From positions 2,176,001 to 2,240,000 of the forward strand of contig CAXXDV010000001.1 of NCBI GenBank assembly GCA_963674745.2: DNA of 64,000 bases, given 5' to 3'. The position numbers were made by a program, and so were the translations under genes. Below the pieces are notes generated by a model, which had not been told where the DNA came from, searched no databases, and saw nothing but the letters and a program-made list of their open reading frames with translations. The stretch comes from Desulfosudaceae bacterium (GTDB lineage Bacteria; Desulfobacterota; Desulfobacteria; Desulfobacterales; Desulfosudaceae). Shown here piece after piece: positions 1 through 9,994 of the stretch. How positions within the stretch are numbered: position 1 is the stretch's first letter; each line of letters begins with the position of its first letter.

Positions 1-996
1 CCCGAGTCCGACGATAAGGACGCAGTCAAACAGAGACAAAAGCCGATGGCTGATTCCGAAGACTTTGACATGTTTGCCGAGTTTGATGAGGCGGACACAG
101 CCGAACACTACTGGTTTACGCCCTATAAGATGGAAAAAATACTGGCGGTTCACGATTACCTGGAATCGATTCCGGAAATCGGCAAGGTGATGTCCCTGGG
201 GACCATGCTGAAGGTGGCCAAACGTTTGAATGATGGCAAGCCTTTGGACAGCGTTGAGTTGTCCCTGGTTTATAATGAATTGCCTGAAGAATACAAAAAG
301 ATGCTGATTGCCCCTTATGCCTCCGTGGAACACAACCAGGCCCGCATATCGGTGCGCGTGGTGGACACGGCGGAGACCTTGAGGCGGGATCAGTTGATCC
401 GGAAAATCGAAAAAGACATAACCGCCGGGTTTGGTTTTGACCGGGCAGATGTCCGGGTGACCGGCATGCTGGTGTTATACAACAACGTCCTGCAAAGTCT
501 GTTTGATTCCCAGATCAAGACCCTGGGGCTGGTGCTGCTGGCCCTGATGGCGATGTTTCTGATTCTGTTCCGTTCTTTCAAGTTGTCGCTGATCGCCGTA
601 TTCCCCAACCTGTTGTCCGTCTCGGTCGTGCTGGGCGCCCTGGGCTGGATGAACCTGCCGCTTGATATGATGACCATCACCATCGCTTCAATCAGCGTCG
701 GTATCGCCGTGGATGATACCATTCATTATATCCACCGCTTCAAGGAGGAATACGCGGTCAACCCCGATTATGTGGCTGCCATGCGTAATTGTCACGCCAG
801 TATCGGCTTTGCCATGTACTATACGTCCGTGGCTATTGTTGCCGGATTTTCAATACTGGCCTTTTCGAATTTTATCCCCACGATCTCGTTTGGTCTGCTG
901 ACCGGTCTGGCCATGGTGATCGCGCTTCTGGCCGCCCTGACGCTGCTGCCCCGGCTGATCATTCTGATCAAGCCCTTCGGGCCCCAGGGCGGATAG
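1..996 (+). CDS. MMPL/RND family transporter, C-terminal part (frame open to the window edge)
   Basis: Multi-TM C-terminus with GIAVDDTIH motif typical of MMPL/RND; no stop codon between base 1 and the ATG at 46. Confidence 0.85.
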   Translation, partial: PESDDKDAVKQRQKPMADSEDFDMFAEFDEADTAEHYWFTPYKMEKILAVHDYLESIPEIGKVMSLGTMLKVAKRLNDGKPLDSVELSLVYNELPEEYKKMLIAPYASVEHNQARISVRVVDTAETLRRDQLIRKIEKDITAGFGFDRADVRVTGMLVLYNNVLQSLFDSQIKTLGLVLLALMAMFLILFRSFKLSLIAVFPNLLSVSVVLGALGWMNLPLDMMTITIASISVGIAVDDTIHYIHRFKEEYAVNPDYVAAMRNCHASIGFAMYYTSVAIVAGFSILAFSNFIPTISFGLLTGLAMVIALLAALTLLPRLIILIKPFGPQGG

Positions 997-998
997 CA

Positions 999-2072
999 TC
1001 AGCCCGAGGGGTTCCGCTTGACCGATTGCTGATAGGCTTCTTCATCCATGCGCGACAGTCCTTCCATCAGCAGCCACATGAACTGACCGATTTCGCTCAT
1101 TGATTCTTCTTCGGGCGGAAGCCCGGGGACGAATTTAAAACGGCCCTTTTTCTCTCTTAATACAGCCCAGAAGGCTTCCCTGTCTTCATTCTCGCCGAAC
1201 TTGGCACGGATGGGCTCACCTTCCTTGAAGGTAATGGTTGCCGCTCTGTTGTCGGGCAGCTTGAAGGTCAAAACACCGGTTTTCCGGTTCATGTTAAAGG
1301 CCTGCAGCAGTTCCGAGGGCGGCATTTCCGTCAGGTTGCCGGACATGCCGGATTCCAGTTCGTCCGACCGGGCGATGTTGGTTTTGGACAATCGTTTGGA
1401 GAGCAGGGTCGCAAAATACATCTGTAGGGAGGGAAATCGTCTGATCAGTCGTCGGAAGTTGCGGCTGTTTAAAAAAATGACTTTGGTCGGCTCCACGGCT
1501 TTGATGGTTGCCCCGGCCGCCTCTCCGCTGATCAGGCTCATTTCACCCAGGATTTCGCCCTTACCGAGAAAGGCGATGTTGACGTCATTATTGCCCAGCA
1601 CTTCAACCATGCCGGAAAGAATGACATAGAGATTTTTGCCGGGCTCACCTTCTTGAATGATGACCTCTCCTTTGCTGAACTGTCTGTGCCGGATAAAGGG
1701 GACCAGGTATCGGACTTCGTTCTTTTTCAGTGTTTTAAAAAAAGAAAAGGTGGAAAGGAGTTTGGCGATGTTATCTTTGGCGTTTTCGTGGGGATCTTCT
1801 ATCTCAAAAACATATTCAGCGCTTTTTTCATACCGCATACGGATTTTCCCGCTGCATCCGCTGCAGAAAAAAGTGTTGCCGCTTTCAGTTTCCGGTATAA
1901 AATCGTCAAGGTCACGGATTTTATGTTTGATGTCTTCGGTCAGGATGGTACAGGTCGGTTTCCCTTCCGGCATGTAAAGGGCGATGGCGGATAGCCTGAA
2001 TACGTCGTCCAGATTATAAAAAGGGCAGTTGTCGTCCTCGATGACCTGAAAAAAAGCTTCAATCATGCTCAT
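999..2072 (-). CDS. Cyclic nucleotide-binding domain protein with C-terminal DUF4388-like domain and Cys-containing N-terminus
   Basis: cNMP motifs GEVIIQEGEPG..LYVILSG and GEILGEMSL; SGNLTEMPPSELLQ...KTGVLTF pattern of DUF4388. Confidence 0.8.
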   Translation of the reverse strand: MSMIEAFFQVIEDDNCPFYNLDDVFRLSAIALYMPEGKPTCTILTEDIKHKIRDLDDFIPETESGNTFFCSGCSGKIRMRYEKSAEYVFEIEDPHENAKDNIAKLLSTFSFFKTLKKNEVRYLVPFIRHRQFSKGEVIIQEGEPGKNLYVILSGMVEVLGNNDVNIAFLGKGEILGEMSLISGEAAGATIKAVEPTKVIFLNSRNFRRLIRRFPSLQMYFATLLSKRLSKTNIARSDELESGMSGNLTEMPPSELLQAFNMNRKTGVLTFKLPDNRAATITFKEGEPIRAKFGENEDREAFWAVLREKKGRFKFVPGLPPEEESMSEIGQFMWLLMEGLSRMDEEAYQQSVKRNPSG

Positions 2073-2232
2073 TTTGTCACCCTCACGGTTTAATTAGGTC
2101 GTAAAAGTTAAGCTCAGCGGCTGGTTTTCTGTCGTGGAAGTCTCCCGGCCCAGGTTTTTAGAGCGTTACCAGGGCAAAGTCCGGTTTTTACGCTTCCAGC
2201 ATCATTTTGTTTTTAATCTCAGGATCTTTCGG

Positions 2233-2646
2233 TCAGTCCGATGGATCAGCCGGCGGATCGACCGCTTTCACCGTTGTTGAAATTCCTCCCCGGGACGTGA
2301 AAGTCCCGATAACCATGATGCGATGCGGGGCAATTGCCCCGGACAAATCCTCCAGGATTTTATTCACCACATGCTCATAAAAAATGCCCACGTTTCGATA
2401 CTGCATCAGATAGTATTTGAGTGATTTGAGCTCTACGATCTGACGGTTCGGGGTGTAGGTGATGGTGATACAGCCGAAATCAGGCAGACCGGTCATGGGG
2501 CAGACCGAGGTGAATTCAGGTTGCTTTATCTCGATATCTATGGGTCTTTGTCCCGCGTACTGGTAGGGCATGGCCTCAAGGATATCGGATTTTACCGTAT
2601 CCGGCGACTGAGATGTCAACGGTGATTCGTAATCTTTCTGCGTCAT
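2233..2646 (-). CDS. queF: NADPH-dependent 7-cyano-7-deazaguanine reductase (preQ1 synthase, type 1)
   Basis: PEFTSVCPMTGLPDFG, VELKSLKYYL (QueF motif), FYEH, RGGI. Confidence 0.95.
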   Translation of the reverse strand: MTQKDYESPLTSQSPDTVKSDILEAMPYQYAGQRPIDIEIKQPEFTSVCPMTGLPDFGCITITYTPNRQIVELKSLKYYLMQYRNVGIFYEHVVNKILEDLSGAIAPHRIMVIGTFTSRGGISTTVKAVDPPADPSD

Positions 2647-3057
2647 GTTCTTTTTTACACCAATCTTGGTCCTAAACCATGTCTTTTTTCAAGTGGATAA
2701 CACCACCGGCAACCAACGGCGGCAGCCACAGGGATGCCAGGGCTTTCATTGACTTTTCTTAAAGATGTTTAATATTCATTCCCCCCGAATGTTCAAAAGC
2801 CGAGTGCCCTGGGGCTCCTCTTGCGCTGCCTGGTTAAGTGCCCGGAACTATTTTTTCCAAGGATGTTTGGGTTTATAATAAATGACATTTGACATCTTTA
2901 CGATCTCGATTGGCACTTAACAATTTATTATACCGATTTATTGAAAATTTTCAAAAGAAAAGAAAAACGGCATTAATCACCAGAGGTTGAAAAAAGTATA
3001 TCCATTAGATATAGTCTGATAAACTTGAAACGATCGGTAATAATCAGGAAAAGTACG

Positions 3058-3951
3058 ATGAAAAACAGGAAAAAGAAACCGGCTGCCACCGGTAAAAGCA
3101 GGCTTTGTCCCTGCGGTAGCGGTCTTAAGTACGCGAAATGCTGTCTTCTTTCCGATGAGGGACAGGCGCGGCTGGAACAGTTATATTATGAACGGTTTAA
3201 GATCAGGGTTAAAAATAAAGACGAAATTGAAGGTATTCGCAGCGCCGGCCGCCTTGCCATCGCGACCCTTGACATGGTGGAAGAAGCCTTAAAACCCGGC
3301 ATGACCACTGATGAAATCAACACCCTGGTTCATGACTTTACGATAAAACACAAGGCCGTTCCCGCGCCGTTGAATTACCGCGGGTTCCCCAAGAGTGTCT
3401 GCGTATCGGTCAATGAGGTGATCTGTCACGGCATACCGGGAGATCGCGTCATACAGGAGGGTGATATCGTTAACGTGGACGTAACGCCCATTTTGAACGG
3501 GTATTATGCCGATGTGAACAAAACGTTTTTTGTCGGTACCCCGGGAAAAGACGCGGTCAAGATTGTCAATGTCACCGGCGGCTGTTTAAAGCGTGCCCTG
3601 GCCATGGTTGCGCCCGGACAGACCATTGGTGATATCGGCTGGGCCATACAGAACCACGTCGAACAGCGGGGCTGTTCGGTGGTCAGGGAGTTTGTCGGAC
3701 ACGGTGTGGGGATTGATTTTCACGAGCCGCCCCAGGTGCCTCATTACGGAAGAAAAGGTGAGGGCGTCATGCTGATACCCGGTATGGTCTTCACCATCGA
3801 GCCCATGATCAATCTTGGTAAGAAAGAAATAAAGATTCTGGCCGACAACTGGACCGCCGTCACCCGGGACGGTTCCTTGTCCGCCCAGTTTGAGCAGACC
3901 ATTGTCGTCACCGCTGACGGATATGAAAGCCTGACCCCTTTTGATTTATAG
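3058..3951 (+). CDS. map: Type I methionine aminopeptidase with N-terminal SEC-C motif
   Basis: CPCGSGLKYAKCC (SEC-C); FPKSVCVSVNEVICHGIP, GHGVG, FHEPP, FTIEPMIN, SAQFEQT; start placed at ATG 3058. Confidence 0.95.
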   Translation: MKNRKKKPAATGKSRLCPCGSGLKYAKCCLLSDEGQARLEQLYYERFKIRVKNKDEIEGIRSAGRLAIATLDMVEEALKPGMTTDEINTLVHDFTIKHKAVPAPLNYRGFPKSVCVSVNEVICHGIPGDRVIQEGDIVNVDVTPILNGYYADVNKTFFVGTPGKDAVKIVNVTGGCLKRALAMVAPGQTIGDIGWAIQNHVEQRGCSVVREFVGHGVGIDFHEPPQVPHYGRKGEGVMLIPGMVFTIEPMINLGKKEIKILADNWTAVTRDGSLSAQFEQTIVVTADGYESLTPFDL

Positions 3952-3980
3952 TGTGAACGATCCGGTCGGGATAGCCCGGC

Positions 3981-4505
3981 TTATCCCATGTAGTGGTCCT
4001 GGAAATTCGGTTTGTTCTTGTTCGTTTTCAGCACGCCCCGGGCATTGCAGCTCGGACAACGGATTTCAGACGGCATGTCGGTCATATCGATTTCAATGGG
4101 TGTGGCACATTTGGAACAGTTGATGGTCATGGTTTTTTTCTTGGCCCCGTTGGCCGGCTTTTTATCCTCGTTTTTTTCGGCACCGTCGTCAAACTCGACA
4201 TCAGGGGTTTGGTTCCCCTGATTTTCGATATAGGCCAGCAAGGCCTTGCGGACGCATTTGTTGTCATCTTCGCCGCCGCTGATAAGCGTTAATTGTTCAT
4301 ACTGATCCTTGGTAAGGACAACTCTGGTGTCCAGCACATGGGACGTTTCCAGGGCGGTATTCAATTCTTCCAGCAGCGCGGCCTGTTTGGAAAATTTCAT
4401 ATCGCCGCTGTTTATTTTTTCCTGTATGCTCTGCTTCAGGTCGTCCGCGGAATACCATTCGCCCTCATGCTGGATTTTTCCATTATCAAGATCTATATGG
4501 TCCAT
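3981..4505 (-). CDS. Hypothetical protein with C-terminal zinc ribbon
   Basis: CSKC...CPSC; GGAGGGG RBS before ATG 4505. Confidence 0.7.
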   Translation of the reverse strand: MDHIDLDNGKIQHEGEWYSADDLKQSIQEKINSGDMKFSKQAALLEELNTALETSHVLDTRVVLTKDQYEQLTLISGGEDDNKCVRKALLAYIENQGNQTPDVEFDDGAEKNEDKKPANGAKKKTMTINCSKCATPIEIDMTDMPSEIRCPSCNARGVLKTNKNKPNFQDHYMG

Positions 4506-4852
4506 TTTCCCCTCCAAAATATGATGGCTTCCTGAACCATCCAATATCTTCGCTGCGGTTCATCCCCGGGATTTTCTGTTCCGCCAGAATCCCTGACTTT
4601 TTCGGGGTTTGCAAGGCGCTGATGTTGGACTATTTTTCCGCCACCCAACTTTGACTTTTTACGAGCCTGTCAAATACCGTTATGGAAATATAACATATTA
4701 TATAAACAGATATTTTATGGATGTCAAAGAAAAGATGCATCTTTTCAGGGGATTTGAGCCGGTATATGGGTTTGCCACGACCCCCTGCTTCTGGTATAAC
4801 CTTAAATTCGGATATTATATGGAATTATTATATATAAATACAGAAGAGGCAG

Positions 4853-5872
4853 ATGATGACATATAAACTGGCCATTAATGGATATGGCCGTATCGGGCGG
4901 TGTGTCCTCAGGGCGCTTTATGAATCGGAACGGTTTTCAGAGTTCGAAATCGTCGGTATTAATGAAATTTCCAATATCGAATCCATTGCCCACCTGACGC
5001 GGTTCGATTCCACCCATGGCCGTTTTGACGGCGAGGTGTCTTTTAAGAAAGATACCCTTTTTGTGAACGGCCGTTCCATTGCCGTGTCTTTTGAGAACGA
5101 GCTTAACAGGTTGCCCTGGGGGGATCTCGGTGTGGACGTGGTTATGGAGTGCTCGGGCACGTTCACCCGGCGGGATATTGCCGAAGGACATATTAAAAGC
5201 GGTGCCGGCAAGGTGATTTTCGCCTGTCCGGCGGAGCCGGGTGTGGATGCCACCATTGTTTACGGGATCAATGAGCAGACCCTTAAAAAAAACCATACCA
5301 TTATTTCCAACGCTTCCTGCACCTCCAACTGTATCATACCGGTGATCGACGTGCTGGACCGGCACCTGGACATCAAGCAGGGCATGATCACCACCATTCA
5401 TTCCATGATGAACGATCAGCCGGTGATCGACGCCTATCACAACCGGGACCTGCGCAAGTCGAGGAGTTCCAGCCAGTCGGTGATCCCGGTCAACACCGAG
5501 CTGCCCAGCGGCGTCGACCGCCTGTTGCCCCACCTGGCCGAACGGTTTGAAGCCGTTGCTCTGCGGGTGCCGACGATCAATGTTTCGGCCATGCAGCTGA
5601 CCGCCCAGGTCAACAGCAAAACAGAGGTCCGGGAGGTGAACCGGGTCATGAAATCGGCTGCCGAAGGCCGCCTGGCCGGGATTCTGGGATATACCGAGAT
5701 GCCCCTGGTGTCGTGTGATTTTATTCATGATCCGCGATCGGCAATTGTTGACGGTACCCAGACCCGGGTCATCGGCCGCACGGGTGTCAGCGTACTGGCC
5801 TGGTTCGACAATGAATGGGGATATGCCAACCGCATGCTGGATACGGCCCGGGCGTTGATGACGGCAAAGTAG
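4853..5872 (+). CDS. epd: GAPDH-family enzyme, erythrose-4-phosphate dehydrogenase (Epd/GapB) type
   Basis: AINGYGRIGR; NASCTSNCIIPVI; HSMMNDQPVIDAYH..DLR; SQSVIPV; RVPTINVS; WFDNEWGYANRMLDT. These match Epd better than GapA. Confidence 0.75.
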   Translation: MMTYKLAINGYGRIGRCVLRALYESERFSEFEIVGINEISNIESIAHLTRFDSTHGRFDGEVSFKKDTLFVNGRSIAVSFENELNRLPWGDLGVDVVMECSGTFTRRDIAEGHIKSGAGKVIFACPAEPGVDATIVYGINEQTLKKNHTIISNASCTSNCIIPVIDVLDRHLDIKQGMITTIHSMMNDQPVIDAYHNRDLRKSRSSSQSVIPVNTELPSGVDRLLPHLAERFEAVALRVPTINVSAMQLTAQVNSKTEVREVNRVMKSAAEGRLAGILGYTEMPLVSCDFIHDPRSAIVDGTQTRVIGRTGVSVLAWFDNEWGYANRMLDTARALMTAK

Positions 5873-6130
5873 GTTCAAGGTTTGAGGTCAAGGATCTGGA
5901 GCGTTGACCACTCAAAGACAGACACACCGGAAATTAAATCTAATCATCCAAACTTAAAACATGAACCCGAATCCTGAACCCCGAACCGCCTAATGTCCTT
6001 TGTCTTGGTGGTTGACGGAATGGCTTGTATTTACTATAAATAGTAAATTGCTGATTTTGATTGATTCCTGTCATTGCTTCACAAACGGGGGGACGAAGCG
6101 ACTGTTCTGACAAACATTCAGGGGGAAGGT

Positions 6131-9100
6131 ATGTCTGTATTCTGGTTTATTCTGCTGGTGCTGATCATTAGCCTGTTTTTTAAAACAGAAAAGATTAAAC
6201 AGCAGTTCCTGGCCAAATTGGAATCGATGGAACAATCGATTCAACAACTTCAAACCCGTCTCAAGGTGATGGAAAAAGAACCGTCACCTGAAGATGAAAA
6301 AAGGGCCGCGTCCGAAACGGAGCCGGCACCCCCTGAAACTGAAGAAACCGCCGAGGTCGTGTTTGATCTGGAATTGCGGGAAGAAGAGCCCGTCCCCGGG
6401 TCGGGCTTTGGGACCGGACCGGAAAAATCCAGGCATTCTGTCAGCCCGCCGCCGGTTCCATCCCGGCCGATCCAGCCTCGGGAACCGGCAACGCCCGAAC
6501 CGGTAGCAATTGCTTCTGAAGCGGCAGCCGACCAAAAAGTCGCAGACCGGCCCGGGCTGGCCGAAAAGTGGAAGACGGTAAAAGACAACGTCGACTGGGA
6601 AATGTTCACCGGCACCAAGCTGTTTGCCTGGCTTGCAGGCGTGGCCGCGTTTATTGCCGCCGGTTTTGGTGTAAAATATTCAATTGACAGGAATCTGGTT
6701 CCGCCCATCGTGCGGTTGGTTATTGCGGCTGTGGCGGGTATGGGGCTTATTGGCGCTTCGTTCAGGTTCAACCGCGATCGTTTTGACGTGTTGCGTCATT
6801 CCCTGGGCGCAGGCGGCATCGGTGTGTTGTACAGCGTCATTTTTGCCGCGACGCTCTATTACCATTATATCCCCAAAACAATGGGGTTCTTCTGCCTGAC
6901 GGTGATCTCAGCAGCGGCGTTTGTTCTGGCCGTTCATCACCGGGGCATCACCATTTCCGTTCTCGGCGCGATCGGCGCGTATATTACACCGGTTCTGGTC
7001 AATACAGGCTCCGGGAATCTGGCCATGCTGTTTGTATACCTGGCCATCGTCAATATCGGACTCTTCCAGGTCATCGTCCGGCTCAAGTCCCCGCTTCTGC
7101 TCCTGGTCGCCACGGCCGGCACATTGATCCCCCTTTACCTTGGCTCGCTTTTCGGCGGCACGGTGCCCTCAACCGGTCTGATGGCCGGCGTGTGGATTGC
7201 CGATATGGCTTTATTCAGTATCTTTTTTATACGGATCAGTCAAACCCCGAAAGACAGCAGGTTTCTGCTATGGTCCGGGATAATACTGTATGGCGCTGTC
7301 CTGGTGATGTCGCTGATCACTACACTGGGCCGGCCGGGGAGTGCGCCAATGCTCATGCTGACGGCGGCCGTTGCCGGCGCGGTCGGCCTGTCTTTGAACA
7401 AGGCGGGCTGGAGCAACCTGGTGATCCCTTACGCCGTATGCACGTTTATCGCTGCTTTTCTGTGGACATGGTTGCGGTTCAGGCCGGACAGCGACCCCTG
7501 GTATTTTTTCCTGTTTTTTCTCTACGGTGTTGCCGGAGGCCTGGGGCCGGTCCTGCTGATCAGAAAACACGGGGTAAAATCATCCTTTGTTAACTGGTTC
7601 AAGCTTTTTCCTTTGGCCATTGCCGGTTTGAGCCTGGTGATCCTGTTTAAAAACCCCCAGATATCATTTTGGTTCTGGCCGATGATCATCTGTCTGCAGG
7701 TTCTCGGTATTATTGCCAGCCTTCTGGCCGGCGCGGTCGTTCAAATTGCCGTACTTTCGGTGTTTCTCATTGTCAGCGGTCTGGCCTGGCTTCAGAAAAT
7801 GCCGACCGGCTTTGTCGGGCTCGGATTTTACGGCTTTATTCTGACGGCCGGCGCGGTACTCTGTGTCACCACCTTTCTGGTGATGCTTAAATTGCCCGAA
7901 TGGACCCGCTATCTGCGTTTGGGCCAGGAAGAGCAGGTCGGAGACAAGGCTGCTGCCACAGGCCTGACCGAATGGATGGCGGCCACCCCGGTCATCGGCG
8001 GATTTGTCCTGCTAACGGCTGCCTTTATCGCCCAGCGACCGTTGGCTCCGCATCCCGGCATGGCCACGCTGGTCTGTTTTCTCGTCCTGGCCCTGGCCAT
8101 TTGCCGGCGGATTGCTTTTCAGCCCATCGGAATGGTGGCCCTCGTTTCCGCCATTGTCGCCCAGGCCGCCTGGATGATCCATCCCGGCAATACCATTGGG
8201 CTGCATTTTTCAACCCTGGCCTGGGCCGGCGCCTTGTTCCTCAGCGCGCTGATTCTCCCTTTCCTGGTTTATGCTTCCCCGGAAAAGTGGAAAAACATAT
8301 GGATGACCGGGGCTTTTTTTGAAGTCTGTCAGGCCCTGTTCATTATCTGGGGAGCGGATCATCTCTGGGAGCGCGAGTTTTCCGGCTGGCTGCCCTTGTT
8401 CCTGGCGGTCTTAAAGCTCCCGGTCGTGGCGATACTGCTGAAACGGCTGCAAGGAAAGGCCGAACGCAACGCGATTCTGGCCTGGCATGGCGGGGTACTG
8501 CTTTTTTACGTGTCGGCCGTGCCGATCATGCTGCTTGATCAGGGCTGGATCGGACTGACGCTGGTGTTTGAAGCCTCGGCCCTGCTCTGGCTGAACCGGC
8601 GAATAGAGCATCCGGGCCTGCGCCGGGTCGCCATGGCCATGGCGCCGGTGGGGCTGTTCCTTTTATTGACCTATCTACCGCGCATGAAAGGGCCGGACAG
8701 CCTGATGATTTTAAACGCCCCTGTCCTGGCCACGGCCGCCTGCGTCGTTGCCCTGGCATTTGCCGTCAGGCTGTCTTCTTTTCCAGACCGGCTGCTGGGA
8801 AAGGTGGATCTGCCGGGATACTTTTTGTGGCTGAGTGTGGGCACGGGATTTTACCTGGCCAATCTCCTGGTGGCTGATATTTTCGGCGGGCCGCAAACCG
8901 GTTATGACCTGATACCGAAATGTTATTTCAAGGCCAGCCTGGTGCGGTCAATCTGCAGCAGCCTGATGTGGGCGGGATTCGGTGCTGTTTTGTGGCGTGT
9001 TAAAGGGGTCCCGGCCAAAATGCGCTGGGCGGGAATGATTATCCTGTGTCTGGGCACGGGATGGCTGCTGTCATTCCCTTTATTCCAGGCCCGGGCCGTC

Positions 9101-9994
9101 GCTTCCATGCGGCCCCTGTTCAACCTCGGGCTGCTGGCTTATCTGCCTTTGATGGCGGTCCTGTTTTATCTGTATTTAAGGGAACAAGCGGACAAGCCGC
9201 CGCTGAATATGAAAAACCTGTTTCTGGCCCTGTTTCTGATCGCCGGATTCATGCTCCTGTCCATGGAAAAAAGCACCCTGCTTCAGCCCGGCAATTCGTT
9301 TTCGATCGTTTTTCACCGGACCTTCTCGATGGCGGTGAGTTCAGCGGCGGGATGGATATTATACGGCCTTGGTATGCTGATATGGCCCCGTCGGCTGGAC
9401 AAACCGTTTCGATTGGCCGGACTGATTCTGATCATGCTGGGGCTGGCCAAGTCGGTCATCCTGCCCTTTCAATTCAGATCCGTTTTCGGCGCCCTGACGC
9501 CGATCCTTAACTGGCCGACGTTTCTGTATGCCGGTTGCCTGGGAATGATCGTGTTTCTGATCCGCCGCAAAGATGATGAAAACTGGCCGGTGGCCGCTGT
9601 CTCTTCACGCCTCTGGTGGATGATCGTTTTACTGGTGATGGCGTTTTATGTGTTGAATGTTGAAATTGCCAGCGCCTTTGGCATCAGCGGCCGTTCGTTC
9701 AGTCTGAGGACCCACGGCAGTTTTGCGCATCAATTGGGTTACAGCCTGGGTTGGCTGTTTTTTTCAGTCGGTATGCTGGTCTCCGGCATCAAATGGCAGG
9801 TGGTGAAACTGCGCTGGGCGGCGCTGATCCTTCTGGTATTAACGACATTGAAAATTTTTTTCAAAGATCTCTGGTCGCTGGGTCAGGGATACCGTGTGGC
9901 CGCTTTCGTCGGGCTGGCGGTGGTCTTATATCTGGTTTCGTTTCTTTATCAACGCTATTTATCCGATGGGAGCAAAAATGCCGAAAAAACGTGA
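6131..9994 (+). CDS. Large polytopic membrane protein, DUF2339-like
   Basis: N-terminal TM, coiled coil and Pro-rich linker; WE..G..LFAWLAG; many TMs; C-terminal YSLGWL...KIFFKDLWSL...RVAAFVGL..VSFLYQR. Confidence 0.8.
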   Translation: MSVFWFILLVLIISLFFKTEKIKQQFLAKLESMEQSIQQLQTRLKVMEKEPSPEDEKRAASETEPAPPETEETAEVVFDLELREEEPVPGSGFGTGPEKSRHSVSPPPVPSRPIQPREPATPEPVAIASEAAADQKVADRPGLAEKWKTVKDNVDWEMFTGTKLFAWLAGVAAFIAAGFGVKYSIDRNLVPPIVRLVIAAVAGMGLIGASFRFNRDRFDVLRHSLGAGGIGVLYSVIFAATLYYHYIPKTMGFFCLTVISAAAFVLAVHHRGITISVLGAIGAYITPVLVNTGSGNLAMLFVYLAIVNIGLFQVIVRLKSPLLLLVATAGTLIPLYLGSLFGGTVPSTGLMAGVWIADMALFSIFFIRISQTPKDSRFLLWSGIILYGAVLVMSLITTLGRPGSAPMLMLTAAVAGAVGLSLNKAGWSNLVIPYAVCTFIAAFLWTWLRFRPDSDPWYFFLFFLYGVAGGLGPVLLIRKHGVKSSFVNWFKLFPLAIAGLSLVILFKNPQISFWFWPMIICLQVLGIIASLLAGAVVQIAVLSVFLIVSGLAWLQKMPTGFVGLGFYGFILTAGAVLCVTTFLVMLKLPEWTRYLRLGQEEQVGDKAAATGLTEWMAATPVIGGFVLLTAAFIAQRPLAPHPGMATLVCFLVLALAICRRIAFQPIGMVALVSAIVAQAAWMIHPGNTIGLHFSTLAWAGALFLSALILPFLVYASPEKWKNIWMTGAFFEVCQALFIIWGADHLWEREFSGWLPLFLAVLKLPVVAILLKRLQGKAERNAILAWHGGVLLFYVSAVPIMLLDQGWIGLTLVFEASALLWLNRRIEHPGLRRVAMAMAPVGLFLLLTYLPRMKGPDSLMILNAPVLATAACVVALAFAVRLSSFPDRLLGKVDLPGYFLWLSVGTGFYLANLLVADIFGGPQTGYDLIPKCYFKASLVRSICSSLMWAGFGAVLWRVKGVPAKMRWAGMIILCLGTGWLLSFPLFQARAVASMRPLFNLGLLAYLPLMAVLFYLYLREQADKPPLNMKNLFLALFLIAGFMLLSMEKSTLLQPGNSFSIVFHRTFSMAVSSAAGWILYGLGMLIWPRRLDKPFRLAGLILIMLGLAKSVILPFQFRSVFGALTPILNWPTFLYAGCLGMIVFLIRRKDDENWPVAAVSSRLWWMIVLLVMAFYVLNVEIASAFGISGRSFSLRTHGSFAHQLGYSLGWLFFSVGMLVSGIKWQVVKLRWAALILLVLTTLKIFFKDLWSLGQGYRVAAFVGLAVVLYLVSFLYQRYLSDGSKNAEKT

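Noticed and set aside
2647..2700. preQ1 riboswitch upstream of queF
   Set aside because: An A-rich tract precedes the start, but I found no P1 stem with the preQ1-I loop consensus
2781..2871. SRP RNA, 6S RNA or c-di-GMP-II riboswitch
   Set aside because: Only short fragments resemble them (CAGG..GCAA..AGC; GGGCACTT..GGAGC); the required pairings and conserved motifs are missing
4937..5878. 313-aa minus-strand ORF
   Set aside because: Antisense shadow of the GAPDH-family gene, with no recognisable motifs
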